A stretch of DNA of 64,000 nt from the human T2T-CHM13v2.0 reference genome, Homo sapiens: the NCBI RefSeq assembly GCF_009914755.1, contig NC_060928.1. One strand, given 5' to 3'. Made by a program: the position numbers and the translations under genes. The notes under the pieces are model-generated. The model was not told the DNA's origin, searched no databases, and saw nothing but the letters and a program-made list of their open reading frames with translations. Positions 14,048-26,307 of this stretch are shown piece by piece. The number at the start of each line of letters is the position of its first letter. Positions within the stretch are counted from its first letter, which is position 1.

Positions 14048-17000
14048 TCATTCCTTATTTATTATATATTTGAATACATTTAAGAGGCTAAAAGTGTGCA
14101 AGTTGCATTAACAAAAATAATTTAACTATCTCTTAATAACCTTTTCTACTTACCTGTTGCAAAGAACAATTTGTTTAGCATACACAGTTCATGGTTATTT
14201 AATTATTGAAGTAGTTCACAGCTGTAAGGATAAAAATCTCAGTTTCCTTGAAATAAAAATTTATAGTGACAGTTTCCAATTGCTTAACACTTTTGTCTAC
14301 CAACAATTAGTCTGTATATCTCTTTAATCCTAATGCTTAGCTTATATGCATTTTTCTTTAAACAGTACATACTCTTTGTCCTGTTCCCAAAAACCAAGCT
14401 TTTTTGCATGCGTTAACACAAAAGTTTATCTTATACACTTATTTAATATCTTTACAATCTTGATAACTTACCTGTGCTGTTTTATCTTTCTCATACTCAT
14501 AAAAAATGTTTCCCAAAATTTTAAACTGAATATATGATTTCATAATTAAAGGACTATAATACATAAAGCATAGAATACTAAAAGCAAAACTCTGTAAGAA
14601 TGAGCTTTTGAGTATATATAATCAGTTGAATTTGAAAATGGACTCTTTCAATTATAAATTTTAAATTACAGAATTTAGATGTTTTCTATAGTAAGTATAA
14701 TATAGAATTATTCTTACCAATAAAAACTAACTGCTAGTTGCTCATATGAATTCTGCTAAATAATTAGTGAAGAAAATATAATAGCTAGATTCTTTCAGTT
14801 TAAAACATTTATTCTTATTTATAATCTGTGCCTTAGTTTGGGACACCCAAATACTTGAGTTTCTCTGATTAGAAGAAATTGGCCACAGTCATAGAAGAAT
14901 TTGTTCTGTTTCCCAAAACTTTATGAGAGTCAGTATGAGAGACTTTTAAAGGGAATTATTTATCTCACCATTTTGCCCTTGATCCAGTGATTAACTGAAA
15001 TATTGCATTTTCATTAATACTATGAAAACACAGAAAAAATGCTAAGAAAGAGCTATTCTTTCTTAACCTCTAACAGAATTCACATTTAGAGAGTTTCAAA
15101 CTCACAGTTGTCTTAAATTTTTGCTGAGTTTTACCTATTCACAGATTTACATGGTAGTGCATTTAAGTATATTTTACATATCTGAACTTAATAATTGTCA
15201 TCCATAAGTTGAATAATTTATTAAAATTAGGATGAGAGCAACTGTCTTGTGATATGTAATACTATGTAAGCTTGCATACTATTTTAGAGTAAATGAAAAG
15301 GATGGAAAACTATAATACCACAGTCACTTATTTTTCAATTGTATTGATATTTTCAAAGACTTAACTTTTGGTTAAATTGATTTTCCCTATTGTTTTCCTG
15401 TTTGCAATTTAGTTTATTTATTTCTGTTTAAATTTTTATCATTTATTTTCTTCTTATTTCCTTAGGCTTACATTGCTCTCTTTTCTCTAGTTTCTACATT
15501 GGGAGTTTAGATTATTTATTTCACATATTTTCTGGTATAGGCATTCAGTGCTACTTTTTTCTTTTTATGCACTGCATCCCTGGCATCCCACATATTTTGT
15601 TAAGTTCTATTTTCATATTAATTTAATTCAACCATTTTTTAAAATTTATCATAAGACTTCTTTGACTTATATGTAATTTAGAAGTATATTGTTTAATTTC
15701 CAAATATCTTAATATTTTTCAGCTTTCTCTTATTAATTTTTAATCAATTATATTATCAGAACATACTTTGAATGATTTTTACTCTTTATAAATTCGTATA
15801 CGTGTGTTTTATAGCTCAGAATATGGTGTATCTTAATGAAGTTTCCACGTGAGCTTGAAAGGACTCTGTATTATGCTGTTGGATGGAGTATTCTATAATT
15901 GTCAATTGGATGAAGTTGATTAATAGTTATTTTTGGGTGATCTATATGCTCATTTTTTTGCCTGTTTGATCTATTAATTATTGACAAGAGGATTTTGAAT
16001 TTTTTATAACAATGATTTGTTTGCTTCTCATTTCAGCACTGTAAGTTTTTGTTTAATGTATCTTGACTTTCTGTTTTTAGATGCATATGCTTTTAAAATT
16101 GCTGTTTTCTTAGAAAATTAATTTCTTTGTCATTATGTAATGCCTTCTTTTTTATCCCTGATAACATTCCTTGGTTCAAAGTCTGATATATTTGAAATAA
16201 ATATCCCTATGTCAGTTTTATCTTTATTTCTATTAGCTTTGTATATCTCCATTTCTTTACTTTTTAACATGTGGCTTTATATATGTAAAATGGGTTTCTT
16301 ATACACTCTGCCTTTCTAAATATCTGTATGCACATATGTATGTGTGTGTGTGAGAGCATGTTGTGTTTTATAGCCACTCTGTTAGTCACTACCTTAACAT
16401 GTATATTTAGGCACTTAAAGTGTTTATTGATATAATTGAATTAATATCTACCATGTTTCTAAAAGTTTTCTAATTATTGTATTAGCCATGTAGGCATTTT
16501 TTTCCTTCTCATTCTTTCCTTCTGCCTTCTCTGGTTTAATTCTGCCTTCTGCCTTCTCTAATTTAATTTAATTTTAAGGATTTTATGAGTCAATTTTATT
16601 AATGCTCTTAGCCTATTGAATATCTTTCTTTTTAGAATAATTTTAGTTGTTGTTCTAAAATTTAAAACACATTTTAAACTAATCTAAGTGCAACTTCGAT
16701 GTGTAGTGCAGATATCTTGTAATGTCGTATTCTCGATTTCTCCTTTACATCCTTTGTGATATTGCTGTCATTTATTTTAATCATCCACATGCAGTAATTA
16801 TCCAATATATTCTTACTATTTTTACATTAAATAGAGTTTTCTTTTGGAACAATAAATAATAATAAAATATTATATCTGTATTTATTTCTTCTCTGATGAT
16901 TTTCCTTTCTTTATCAAGTTTCTGACTTACCATATTTTTCTTCTGATTGAAGAATGTTTAAAATTTCTTGTAGGGCAATACTGCTGGCAGTGAATTTCCT

Positions 17001-17120
17001 CAGTTTGTATTTTTCTCAGAAAATCTATTTCTCCTTTACTTTTTATGAATAATTTAAATAAATATAGAATAATAGATTGTTAGTTTTGTTCTCTGAACAC
17101 TTTAACTTGTATGGTTTTCT

Positions 17121-17227
17121 TGGGTGATAGTTGCACCAAAATCTCACAAATCACCACTAAATTACTTACTTATGTAACCAAACACCACCTGTTTCCCAAA
17201 AACCTATGGAAAATTAAATTTAAAAAA
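17121..17227 (+). mobile_element. L1PB-like extreme 3' end inserted in the older L1
   Basis: gggtgatagttgcaccaaaatctcacaaatcaccactaaa...aacctatggaaa plus A tail. Confidence 0.85.
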
Positions 17228-17471
17228 GAAGTCTGTTATAATTCTTATGCTTCCTTCTTCCTTGACATCAAAGGTGCTAGCTTTCTCCCTGGCTTCTTTT
17301 TAAATTTCCTCACTGTCTTTGATTTTCTATAATAAATGTGATTTTTATAGGTATGTTCTTTCTTTGCTCTGTTTTGTTTTTGTGTTTTTTTCTGTTTAGT
17401 TCTCTCTAAAGTTTTTTGAATCTGTGGTTTGGTGATTTGGTATCAGTCAATTTAAAAAGGTTTTGGCCATT

Positions 17472-17776
17472 TTTAAATTTTACATTTATTTCTAACAGCT
17501 TTATTGAAATACTATTTATAAAGCATATCATTCACTCATTAAAAGTTTTCAATATGTTTGCAAATATGTTCAACCATCACCAAAGTCATTTTAGAACATT
17601 CTTACCACATCAAAAAAAATAATTAATGCCCTTTACCTATTACCCTATATTCCCAGCCCTGCCTGCATTCCCCAAGCGATCACTAATCTACTTTCTGTCT
17701 CTGTAGATTTTCCTATTCTGGACAATTATGAATGAAATTATATAAAATTTGGTATTTTGTGACTGGCTTCTTTCAA
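17472..17776 (-). mobile_element. L1MB-like 3' end inserted in the older L1
   Basis: acagctttattgaaata...cactaatctactttctgtctctgtagattt..cctattctggaca; gtttt(g)ggccatt on both sides. Confidence 0.8.
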
Positions 17777-19515
17777 TTATGATAAGTTTTGGGCCATTAC
17801 TACTTCAAGCATTTCTTTCTATATCGTTTTTTTCTCTTTTCTCCTTATTTTATTCCAATTATTCATATATTATACTTTTTTTGCAATTGTTCCACTCTTT
17901 TTGTATGGTTTTTGTTTGTTTGTTTAGTTTGGGAAGTTTCTGTTGGCATATTTTTAGACTCAGTGTTACTTTCCTCAGCCATGTAAAATTACTGATATGC
18001 GCAGCAAAACATTCTAGATTCTTATAGTGTTTGTTTTAATCGCTAGCATTTCTTTTTGATTATTTATCAGAGTCTTCAAATTTCTGCTGTATTACCCATC
18101 TGTTCTTGCTTGTTCTCTACATTTTTCCATTAGAGCCTTTAACATATTAATCAGTTATTTTTAATTATCTGACACTCCAACATCTGTGTCACATCTATGT
18201 CTGGTTCTGATGCTTGCTTTTCTGTTTCTTTACAGTGTTTCTTTTTCCTTGCTTTGTTTGAGGTTTTATGTTAAGTTGGTAGGAGCTGAACTGTGTTTTA
18301 AGTTTGCTGTAGCAGGAGATACAAGAGGCTTCAAATTTCTTTTTTGTCCTAGTTTTTGTCTCCTCTCTTAACTTTGGGGTTCCTTAAGTATTCCTTCTTA
18401 GAGATAGTCTATATCTTGCAGCTCTTTCAGATATAATCCTGAGAACAGCAACTCTTGGCACACAATGACTTTGTTTAAACTTCTGCACTAAGAGACAAGC
18501 AAAATCTTGCATGGCTGCTAGCAGCATAAGGCCTTGTCCCTAGAAAGATTCCAGTTCCCTTTTAAAATGCCTACCTACAAAAATACAACACTGGCAGAAC
18601 TAATTGTTTGCTTTAGCCAGCACTTGACAATAGGCCCCTGACCTCCTGTTTTAGTGTGTTTATTTTTGTTGTTGTTGTTGCTGTGACAGAATACCCCAGA
18701 TTGTGTAATTTATAAAGAAAAGAGGTTTATTTGGCTTATGATTCTACAGACTGGGAAGTCCAAGAGCATGGCACTGGCATCTGGCAAGAATTATTCCCTA
18801 TCAGATAGGTGAAAGGGCAGGAGACAGCTCATGCAAGAGAAAGCTCACTTTTATAACAGAGCCAATTGCTAGATAACAAAACAACTACCATGATAATAGC
18901 ATTAATCCATTCATAAGGGCAGAGACTTCAATATTCAATCACCTTCCAAAGGCCCACCTCTCAACAATGTTACAATTGCAATCAAGTTTCCAACACATGA
19001 ACTTTTGTGGATCACATTCAAACTATATCATTTAGCCCTTGGAGCCTAAAATTAATGTCCTTCCCTCATGTTCAGGATACATTCATTCCATCTTAATAGT
19101 TTCTAATTCTTAACTCATTCCAGCACCAACTGAAAAGTACAAAGTCTCATCTAAACCAGATATGGGTAAGATTCAAGGCACAATTCATCCCAAGGCAAAT
19201 TTATCCAGCTCTGAGCCTATAACATCAAAACAAGTTATCTACCTCCAAAATTCAGTGGTAGGGCAGGCACAGGATAGACACTGTCATTTCAAAAGAGAGA
19301 AATAGACAAGAAAAGAGGAATAACTGGTCCTGAGAAAGTCCAAAACCAACAGGAAAAACAACTTCAAGTTTGTAAGCTGGAGAATAATCTCCCTGACTTC
19401 ATGTCTAGCATCCTGAGCATGCGAGGTGGGCCCTGGGCCTCCAAGGCACTAAAGGGAACCCATTACCACAGCTTTGTTGGGCTCAGTCCAGGTAGCAGCC
19501 CCCACATGTTGGAGT

Positions 19516-20218
19516 TGTTATAAATAAAATTTCGGTGCCACAAAATAAATAGCACTTGAATATAAAATTTTCTTTTTAATTCTCAGCAAGTTACTTCTAT
19601 AGAAGGGTGCACCCTTACAGATGGAGCAATGGTAAGTGCACACTTGGACAAGTCAGGGGAAGGGGTTCTTATCCCTGACGCACGTGGCCCCTGCTGCTGT
19701 GTCTTTCCCCTATGGGCTAGGGTTAGACCTCACAGGCTAAACTAATTCTGATTGGCTAAAGAGAGTGACAGGGTGAATAGTTTGGCCAGAAAAATGGTTA
19801 CGACAGAGCATAACCATACCATAAATGGTATTTTATATTTTACCAGGCCCAGTTAGGTTTATCCTAGCCAGAAGCTAGGCCTGTATCTATTTGCTCTCAG
19901 CAGGTCAGTTACAATTTTGTATTCCTTTTTACATTATTCATGATCATCTTTATAATATCTCTTTTGCATGTAAATTTCACAATTTTTCTTTACCATATGA
20001 AAATGAATCAGGGTGGAGCAGGTAATCTGAATGAGTCAGGGTGGAGCAGGTAATCTGAATGAGTCAGGGTGGAGCAGGTAATCAGAACGAGTCAGGGTGA
20101 AGTAGGTAATCATAAAAGGCTTCTTTATGAGGAAGTTAAGTTTAAAAGTAGAAGGCAAAGAATTGAACATACTGACATATTGATTCTTTGAAAAGAAAAT
20201 TAGAACTCATGTCTAACA
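19516..20218 (-). mobile_element. LTR10 (LTR10A/F-like, HERV-I) solo LTR
   Basis: End is the reverse complement of tgttaga.atgagttctaa; 28-bp gagtcagggtggagcaggtaatc repeats; 4-bp TSD gagt (19512-19515, 20219-20222). Confidence 0.9.
20004..20110. promoter_or_regulatory. AP-1 (TGAGTCA) motif array within the LTR10 28-bp repeat
   Basis: Perfect TGAGTCA at 20032-20038 and 20060-20066; variants tgaatca (20004) and cgagtca (20088); activity not shown by sequence. Confidence 0.6.
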
Positions 20219-23200
20219 GAGTTTCATCTGTGTAGTTCTCCCAGTTAGTGCTACAGTTCTGTGGTCTCAGGGGCTGCACGTGGCTCCACTAGGCATTGCC
20301 TTAGTTGGGACTCTTTGGCAGCTGTGCCCCTGCAATAAATCTCTGTCTGGGTCTCCAGGTGGTTTGAGATATCCTTTGAAACCTAGGAGGAGGTAGTCAT
20401 GCCCCTACCGCTCTTATATTCTGCAGGTCTAATAGACTTAACACTATGTGGACACCACCAAGGCTTACCACTTGTACCTTCCATGGCAGCAGCATAACAC
20501 AACTGGGGCTGCTTGGGCCACAGAAGGTGTGGCTGAGAGGAGATGTGCTGGAATGTGGGGAGCAGAGTCCCAAGGCAGCTATGGGCAGTGATCTGTGAGG
20601 GGCACCCTTGGCCCATGCCATGAATCAATTCTGCTGTCATAGAGCTCTGGACCTGAGATGGGTGGGGAAGCCTCAAAGGTCTCTGAAATGCCTTCAGGGT
20701 CTTTCTTCTATTGTCTTAATAAATAGCACTTGGCTTCCTTCAATCCATATGAATCTCCTTAACAAATAGTCTCTTGGCTACAACCTTAGTATTCTCTCTT
20801 AAACATCTCTTACTCTGTATATGGCCAGCATGCAAATTTTCCAAATATTTTCATTCTGCTTCTCTCTTAAGTATAAATTCTGTTTTCAAGTAATTTATTT
20901 GCTCTCACATCTCATAGTAGGTGTGCAAAACTAGCCATTCAGCAGCCTAAATTTTTTGCTTGTTAGCTATTTATTTCACCCAATATTTTAGTTCATCACT
21001 CTCAAATTTTGCCTTTTATAAAGCCCTTGGGCACGGATATAGTTCAGCCAAGATCTTTGCTACTGTGGAACAAAAATGGCCTTTGCTCCAGGTTCCAGTA
21101 TCTGTTTCTTTAGTTCCATCTGAGATTTCATCAGAATGGCCTTTACTGTCTATTTCCACCAACACTGTGCTCATGACAACTTAAGTAATCTTTAAGAAAA
21201 TTCAGACTTCTCCTCTAGCACTTGTCTTTTTTGATGCTTCACTACAATTCCTCTTAACATTCTATTCATGAAAATACAAGATTTTTCTAGCTGCCCTTTC
21301 AAATTCTTCAAGCCTCTACCCATACTCAATTCCAAAATTGCTTCTCCATTTTCAAGTATTTGTTAAAGACACAACCCCACTCCTGTTGTTAATTTTTTGT
21401 TTTAGTTTGTCTTCTATTTCTGTAACAGAATACAGCAACTGGTGATTTTATATAAAAGATACATTTATTAAACTCATGGTTCTAGATGCGGGAGGTACAA
21501 GAGTATAGTGCTGCATTTGGAGAGGATCTTCTCATGGAGAACAGGTGAAAGGTCAAGAGAGCATAGGAGAGAGAGCTCACTTTTATAACAAAGCTACTCT
21601 CTCTATAACTAATCTACTCCTCCAATAACTAACCCACTCCTGAGATAACAGTATTAATCTGTTAATGAGGGCAGAGGCCTCATGCGTGACTCAATCACCT
21701 CCCAAAATGGCCTCTCAACAATTTGTAGAAAATGAGATATCAATTTCTAATTCCTCCCCTGAATTCTGAATGAAAAATATCCCACAAAGTTGATAGTTTA
21801 TTCAGGGCTTACCCCTTTTGCCTTGGAGGAAAGACATGCTATGAAATGAAGAGAATATAAATTTCACACATGCCAGTCTATCACTGCTTAGGACTTAATT
21901 AGAACTATAAGAATACTGAACTTTTAGGGGGAGCATTTAAACCCTAGCATCTCCTTTTCTTACAGCTTTTAGTAAAAATGTCTTAAAATTATAAATATGT
22001 ATCTTTTCCAACTCTGTTGTGTCTTTCTCAAAGACCTGAGAAACCATTTCTTTGAAATATAATCATTGAAAGAATAAAATCTCTATTTCCCAGTCACTAT
22101 AGAAGAATAGAATACTAATTTCCATATCTACCAGGTAGCAAAAAAAGCCAGTCTAATCAAATTTAAAGTGAACAACCCTTTGTAATTTTTCACTTTTCTT
22201 ATTTTACTGAGCCACCTCTTGTCTTCTCCCTCATTCTACCTTTAGAACACCCAGTCACCCCTGCATCAATCAGAATGAAACTTACCTTTTTTTCTACTGT
22301 CAGTAGTCACTGAATGTAATACGATGTCACTATTTTAGCTGTCTTTCTGTGTTTATTTTTGACAATCCACTGCTTTATCCTGAAGCCCAGTTTGTGTGGT
22401 ATTGAGGTAAATGGAGAATATTCATTAAAGATTTCTTTCAATTAACAAATTGAGAATAGGAATCAGATTGAAAGAAATCTTTTTCTTTTATAGAATAGGG
22501 TTGAAAACTTTTCTCCTGATATGCCAATTAGGATATAAGACTCTCTTTAGACACTATCATTTTTATAGACAGAGGTCAATGTTTCAAGTTCTTAAAGGAA
22601 ATAATCATGTTCATTATTTGAATCTTCATAAGATTTTGGCAATGACATCTCTGAAGGATTACATACATTTTACTTCCTTAGAGGAATTTTTATGGTTACA
22701 CCCTAGCTGTCATTGCCCTCCTGCAAATGGTTCACTGATCATTCCCTGTGTTTCATTTTCTGCTGTTTGAAACCAATCACAAAGAGGTTTCTGTTTTCAG
22801 GTGATACTGCTTTCTACTTTCCATCCCCAACTGTTTTTTGTAGACATCTATTTCTTTCATATCTACCAGTTTTACCAGTTTTGACATGTATTAGAGACAG
22901 GAATTAATATTATTACCATCCAAACATATTTCAATAGTTATGTCACACAGTGTACTATGGCAATGATTCTTTTACAAATGGCTGCATAGACGCATAACAA
23001 AATAAACATCTAGTACATTTGGAATAGACCCATTCTTTTTGCTTAGAATCAGAAAAATTTTGAGAAATTTCTATTTTTATTCAGGTAAAAAATAGTTAAT
23101 GAATTTCTTTTGCAGATGAGTCATTTAGTGGAGAACTTCTCTTGACACATTCAAATATATTGACAATCAAATTTGAGTAATTCTGTGAGAGTGAGGATGT

Positions 23201-23953
23201 TTGTGTTGATTTACTTTCCCTGGCTGAATCTGAATTCTTTCTGAATGAAGAGCTGTGTCTCCGAATGCTGTCTATGGGTTCCATTGATTTTTATAATCCA
23301 TTTAATTGGTATTTTGTATTTTACCAGGTCCAGTTAGGTTTATCCTAGCCAGAAGCTAGGTCTGTATCTATTTGCTCTTAGCAGACCAGTTAAAATTTTG
23401 TATTCCTTTTTACATTATTCATGATCTTCTGTATAATATCTCTTTTGCATGTAAATTTCACAATTTTTCTTTACCATATGAAAATTTTTGATAAATGCAA
23501 TCTAAATTACAGAATGAATAATTAATTCTCTATATTCCCAAAGATGATCTGAGTGTAACACAGTAAATGTGTACATTCAATCACTCTTTACAAAAGACCC
23601 CTAACATTAGATATTTTTGGTCATGAATTATAGCTCATCAGCTATCTAAGAGCATAGTCACACATTTTCTTAAATCATTGGTAAAATATAAAATTATATA
23701 GATTTATATAAATACAGATTTCAGTCATAATGATGTTTAAATTTAAATTATTTTTCCTACTGTAGGTTTCTTTCCAAACTCTCTAACAACACCAGTAGTC
23801 CACCATGGCACCTTTGTATTTATTTGTGGTGGGCTAATCTGAAAATGTTAGGCAACAGAGCAAAAGCATTATGAAGCCAAAGGGGAAATAATAACTATAG
23901 AATGTACACCATATACTGCATTCTACTGAATCCTCAACAAGTAGCATTGTGCC

Positions 23954-25470
23954 TGATATGGTTTGGCTGTGTCCCCACCCAAATCTCATCTTGAATTCCC
24001 AAGTGCTGTGGGAGGGACCCAGTGAGAGGTAACTGAATCATGGGGGCACATCTTTCCCATGGTGTTCTCATGATGGTAGGTGGGTCTCACGAGATCTAAT
24101 AATTCCATAAAGAGGAGAAATGTCTCCAGGGCATGTCAGAGGTCTTTATGGCAGCCCCTACCATGACAGGCCCGAAGTCTAGGAGGAAAAGGTAGTTGTG
24201 TGGGCTGGGCCCAGGGTCCCCATGCTGTGTGCAGCCTGGGGACTTGGTGCCCCACATCCCAGCCACTCCAGCCATGTATGAAAGGGGCCAATGTAGAGGT
24301 CCAGCCATGGCTTCAGAAGGTGCAAGTCTCAAGCCTTGGCAGCTTCCATGTGGTGTTGAGTCTGCAAGTCCACAAACGTCAAGAGTTTGGAAATTTCTGC
24401 CTAGATTTCCGAAGATGTATGGAAAAACCTGGATTTCCAGGCAGAAGTTTGCTGCAGGGACAGTGCTCTCATGGAGAACCTCTTCTAGGGCAGTGTGGAA
24501 GGTAAATGTGGGGGCTCTGACATTAGGCAAAGAGTCCCTACTTGGGCACTGCCTAGTGGAGCTATGAGAAGAGGGCCATCATCCTCCAGCCTCAGAATGG
24601 TAGATCCACTGACAGCTTGCAGCAAGCACCTGAAAAAGCAGCAGGCACTCCACACTAGCCTGTGAAAGCAGCTGGGAGGAAGGCTATACCCTGCAAAGCC
24701 ACAGGGGTGGAGCTGCCCAAGACCATGGGAACCCACCTCTTGAATCAGCATGACCTGGACATGAGACATGGAGTCAAAAGAGATCATTTTGGAAGTAAAA
24801 TTTGACTGCCCCACTGGATTTCAGACTTGCATGGGGCCTGTAGCCCCGATGTTTTGCCAATTTCTCCCATTTGGAATGACAGTATTTACCCAGTGCCTGT
24901 ATCCCAATTGTATCTAGGAAGTAACTAACTCTGCTTTTGATTTTACAGGATAATAGGTGGAAAGGACTTGCTTTGTCTCAGATGAGACTTTTGACTGTGG
25001 ACTTTTCAGTTAATGCTGAAATGAGTTAAGATTTGGGGGACTGTTGGGAAGGCATGATTGGTTTTGAAATTTGAGGACATGTGATTTGGGAGGGGCCAGC
25101 GGTGGCAAGATATGGTTTGGCTATGTCCCCACCCAAATCTCATCCTAAATACCCGTGTGTTGTGGGAGAGACCTGGTGGGAGGTAACTGGATCATGGAGG
25201 CAGGTCTTTCCCATAGTGCTCTTGTAGTGGTGGGTGGGTTTCATGAGATCTGATGGTATTGTAAAGGGGCAGTTTCCCTACACAAGTTCTCTTTTTGCTA
25301 GCTGCCATCCATGTAAGACATGACTTGCTCCTCCTTGCTTTCTGCCATGATCATGAGGCTTCCCCAGTGACACAGAACTATAAGTCTAATTAATCTTCTT
25401 TTTTTTTTTTTTGGTAAATTACCTAGTCTTGGGTGTGTCTTTATCAGCAACATGGAAATGGACTAATACA
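23954..25470 (+). mobile_element. THE1A-like MaLR provirus with internal deletion
   Basis: 5' LTR 23954-~24100 truncated, THE1-int to 25107, full 3' LTR 25108-25470 ending ctaataca; TSD gtgcc/gtacc. Confidence 0.93.
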
Positions 25471-25609
25471 GTACCTAATATGCAATTTCTTAAATGAGTA
25501 GCTGACTGAAGGAATGCATTGATGGTTGAATTTCAAGGTATGCATATATTTAATAAATGTTTATTATCAGGTGATAAATATTTGGTTATCATTTTTGGAT
25601 TAATTTAGA

Positions 25610-25825
25610 CTAGGATTTACCAATCCCAATCCTATTAACATTTAGTGACAGATAATTCTTTATTGTGGGGGCTGTCTTATGTTTTGTAAGATGTTTAGTA
25701 CTATCCCTGGCCTTTATCGACTACATACCAGTAGCACCTCCTGCCCACTTTGTGACAATCAAAATTGTCTCCAGATGTTACCAAATATCCCCTGGGAATC
25801 AAAATCAACCCCAAGAGAACTACTT
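25610..25825 (-). mobile_element. MER20 hAT-Charlie DNA transposon
   Basis: gataattctttattgtggggg...gtgacaatcaaaattgtctccaga...ccaaatatcccctggg. Confidence 0.85.
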
Positions 25826-25866
25826 ATCCAGGATGACTCCATATTATCATAATAATTATGACATAA

Positions 25867-26261
<395 letters not shown>

Positions 26262-26307
26262 TAATTGGATGCTATGCTTGGTTTTTATTAATAAAAATCC
26301 ATTAGAA

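Larger units (their letters stand above)
15330..18439 (-). mobile_element. Ancient L1M (L1MC/MD-like): ORF2 5' part, ORF1 and 5'UTR; appears to resume at ~22365-22430
   Basis: Long T-rich antisense L1 signature (catcccacatattttg, gtatattgtttaatttccaaata, ctgctggcagtgaatttcctcagttt). Confidence 0.8.
18647..21949 (-). mobile_element. MaLR provirus (MSTB/C-like LTR-int-LTR)
   Basis: LTRs 18647-19030 and 21398-21949 are mutually similar (acagaatac..., aagctcacttttataaca, tcaatcacct); MST-int between them; 5-bp TSD cctcc/tctcc. Confidence 0.88.
18440..22364 (+). mobile_element. ERV1-class solo LTR (MER34/MER39-like), split into 18440-18646 and 21955-22364
   Basis: TG...CA ends, perfect 4-bp TSD atcc (18436-18439, 22365-22368), ctcaaagacctgagaaaccatttctttgaaat motif; family name tentative. 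Confidence 0.7.

Noticed and set aside
13839-14111. 90-aa ORF with repeated LILFDYK
   Set aside because: Artefact of the minisatellite
20004-20110. 28-bp periodic repeats as a CRISPR-like array
   Set aside because: Head-to-tail tandem units with no unique spacers; intrinsic to LTR10; eukaryotic context with no cas genes
24096-24814. Overlapping 100-144 aa ORFs on both strands
   Set aside because: Lie in the relatively GC-rich THE1 interior; no intact gene
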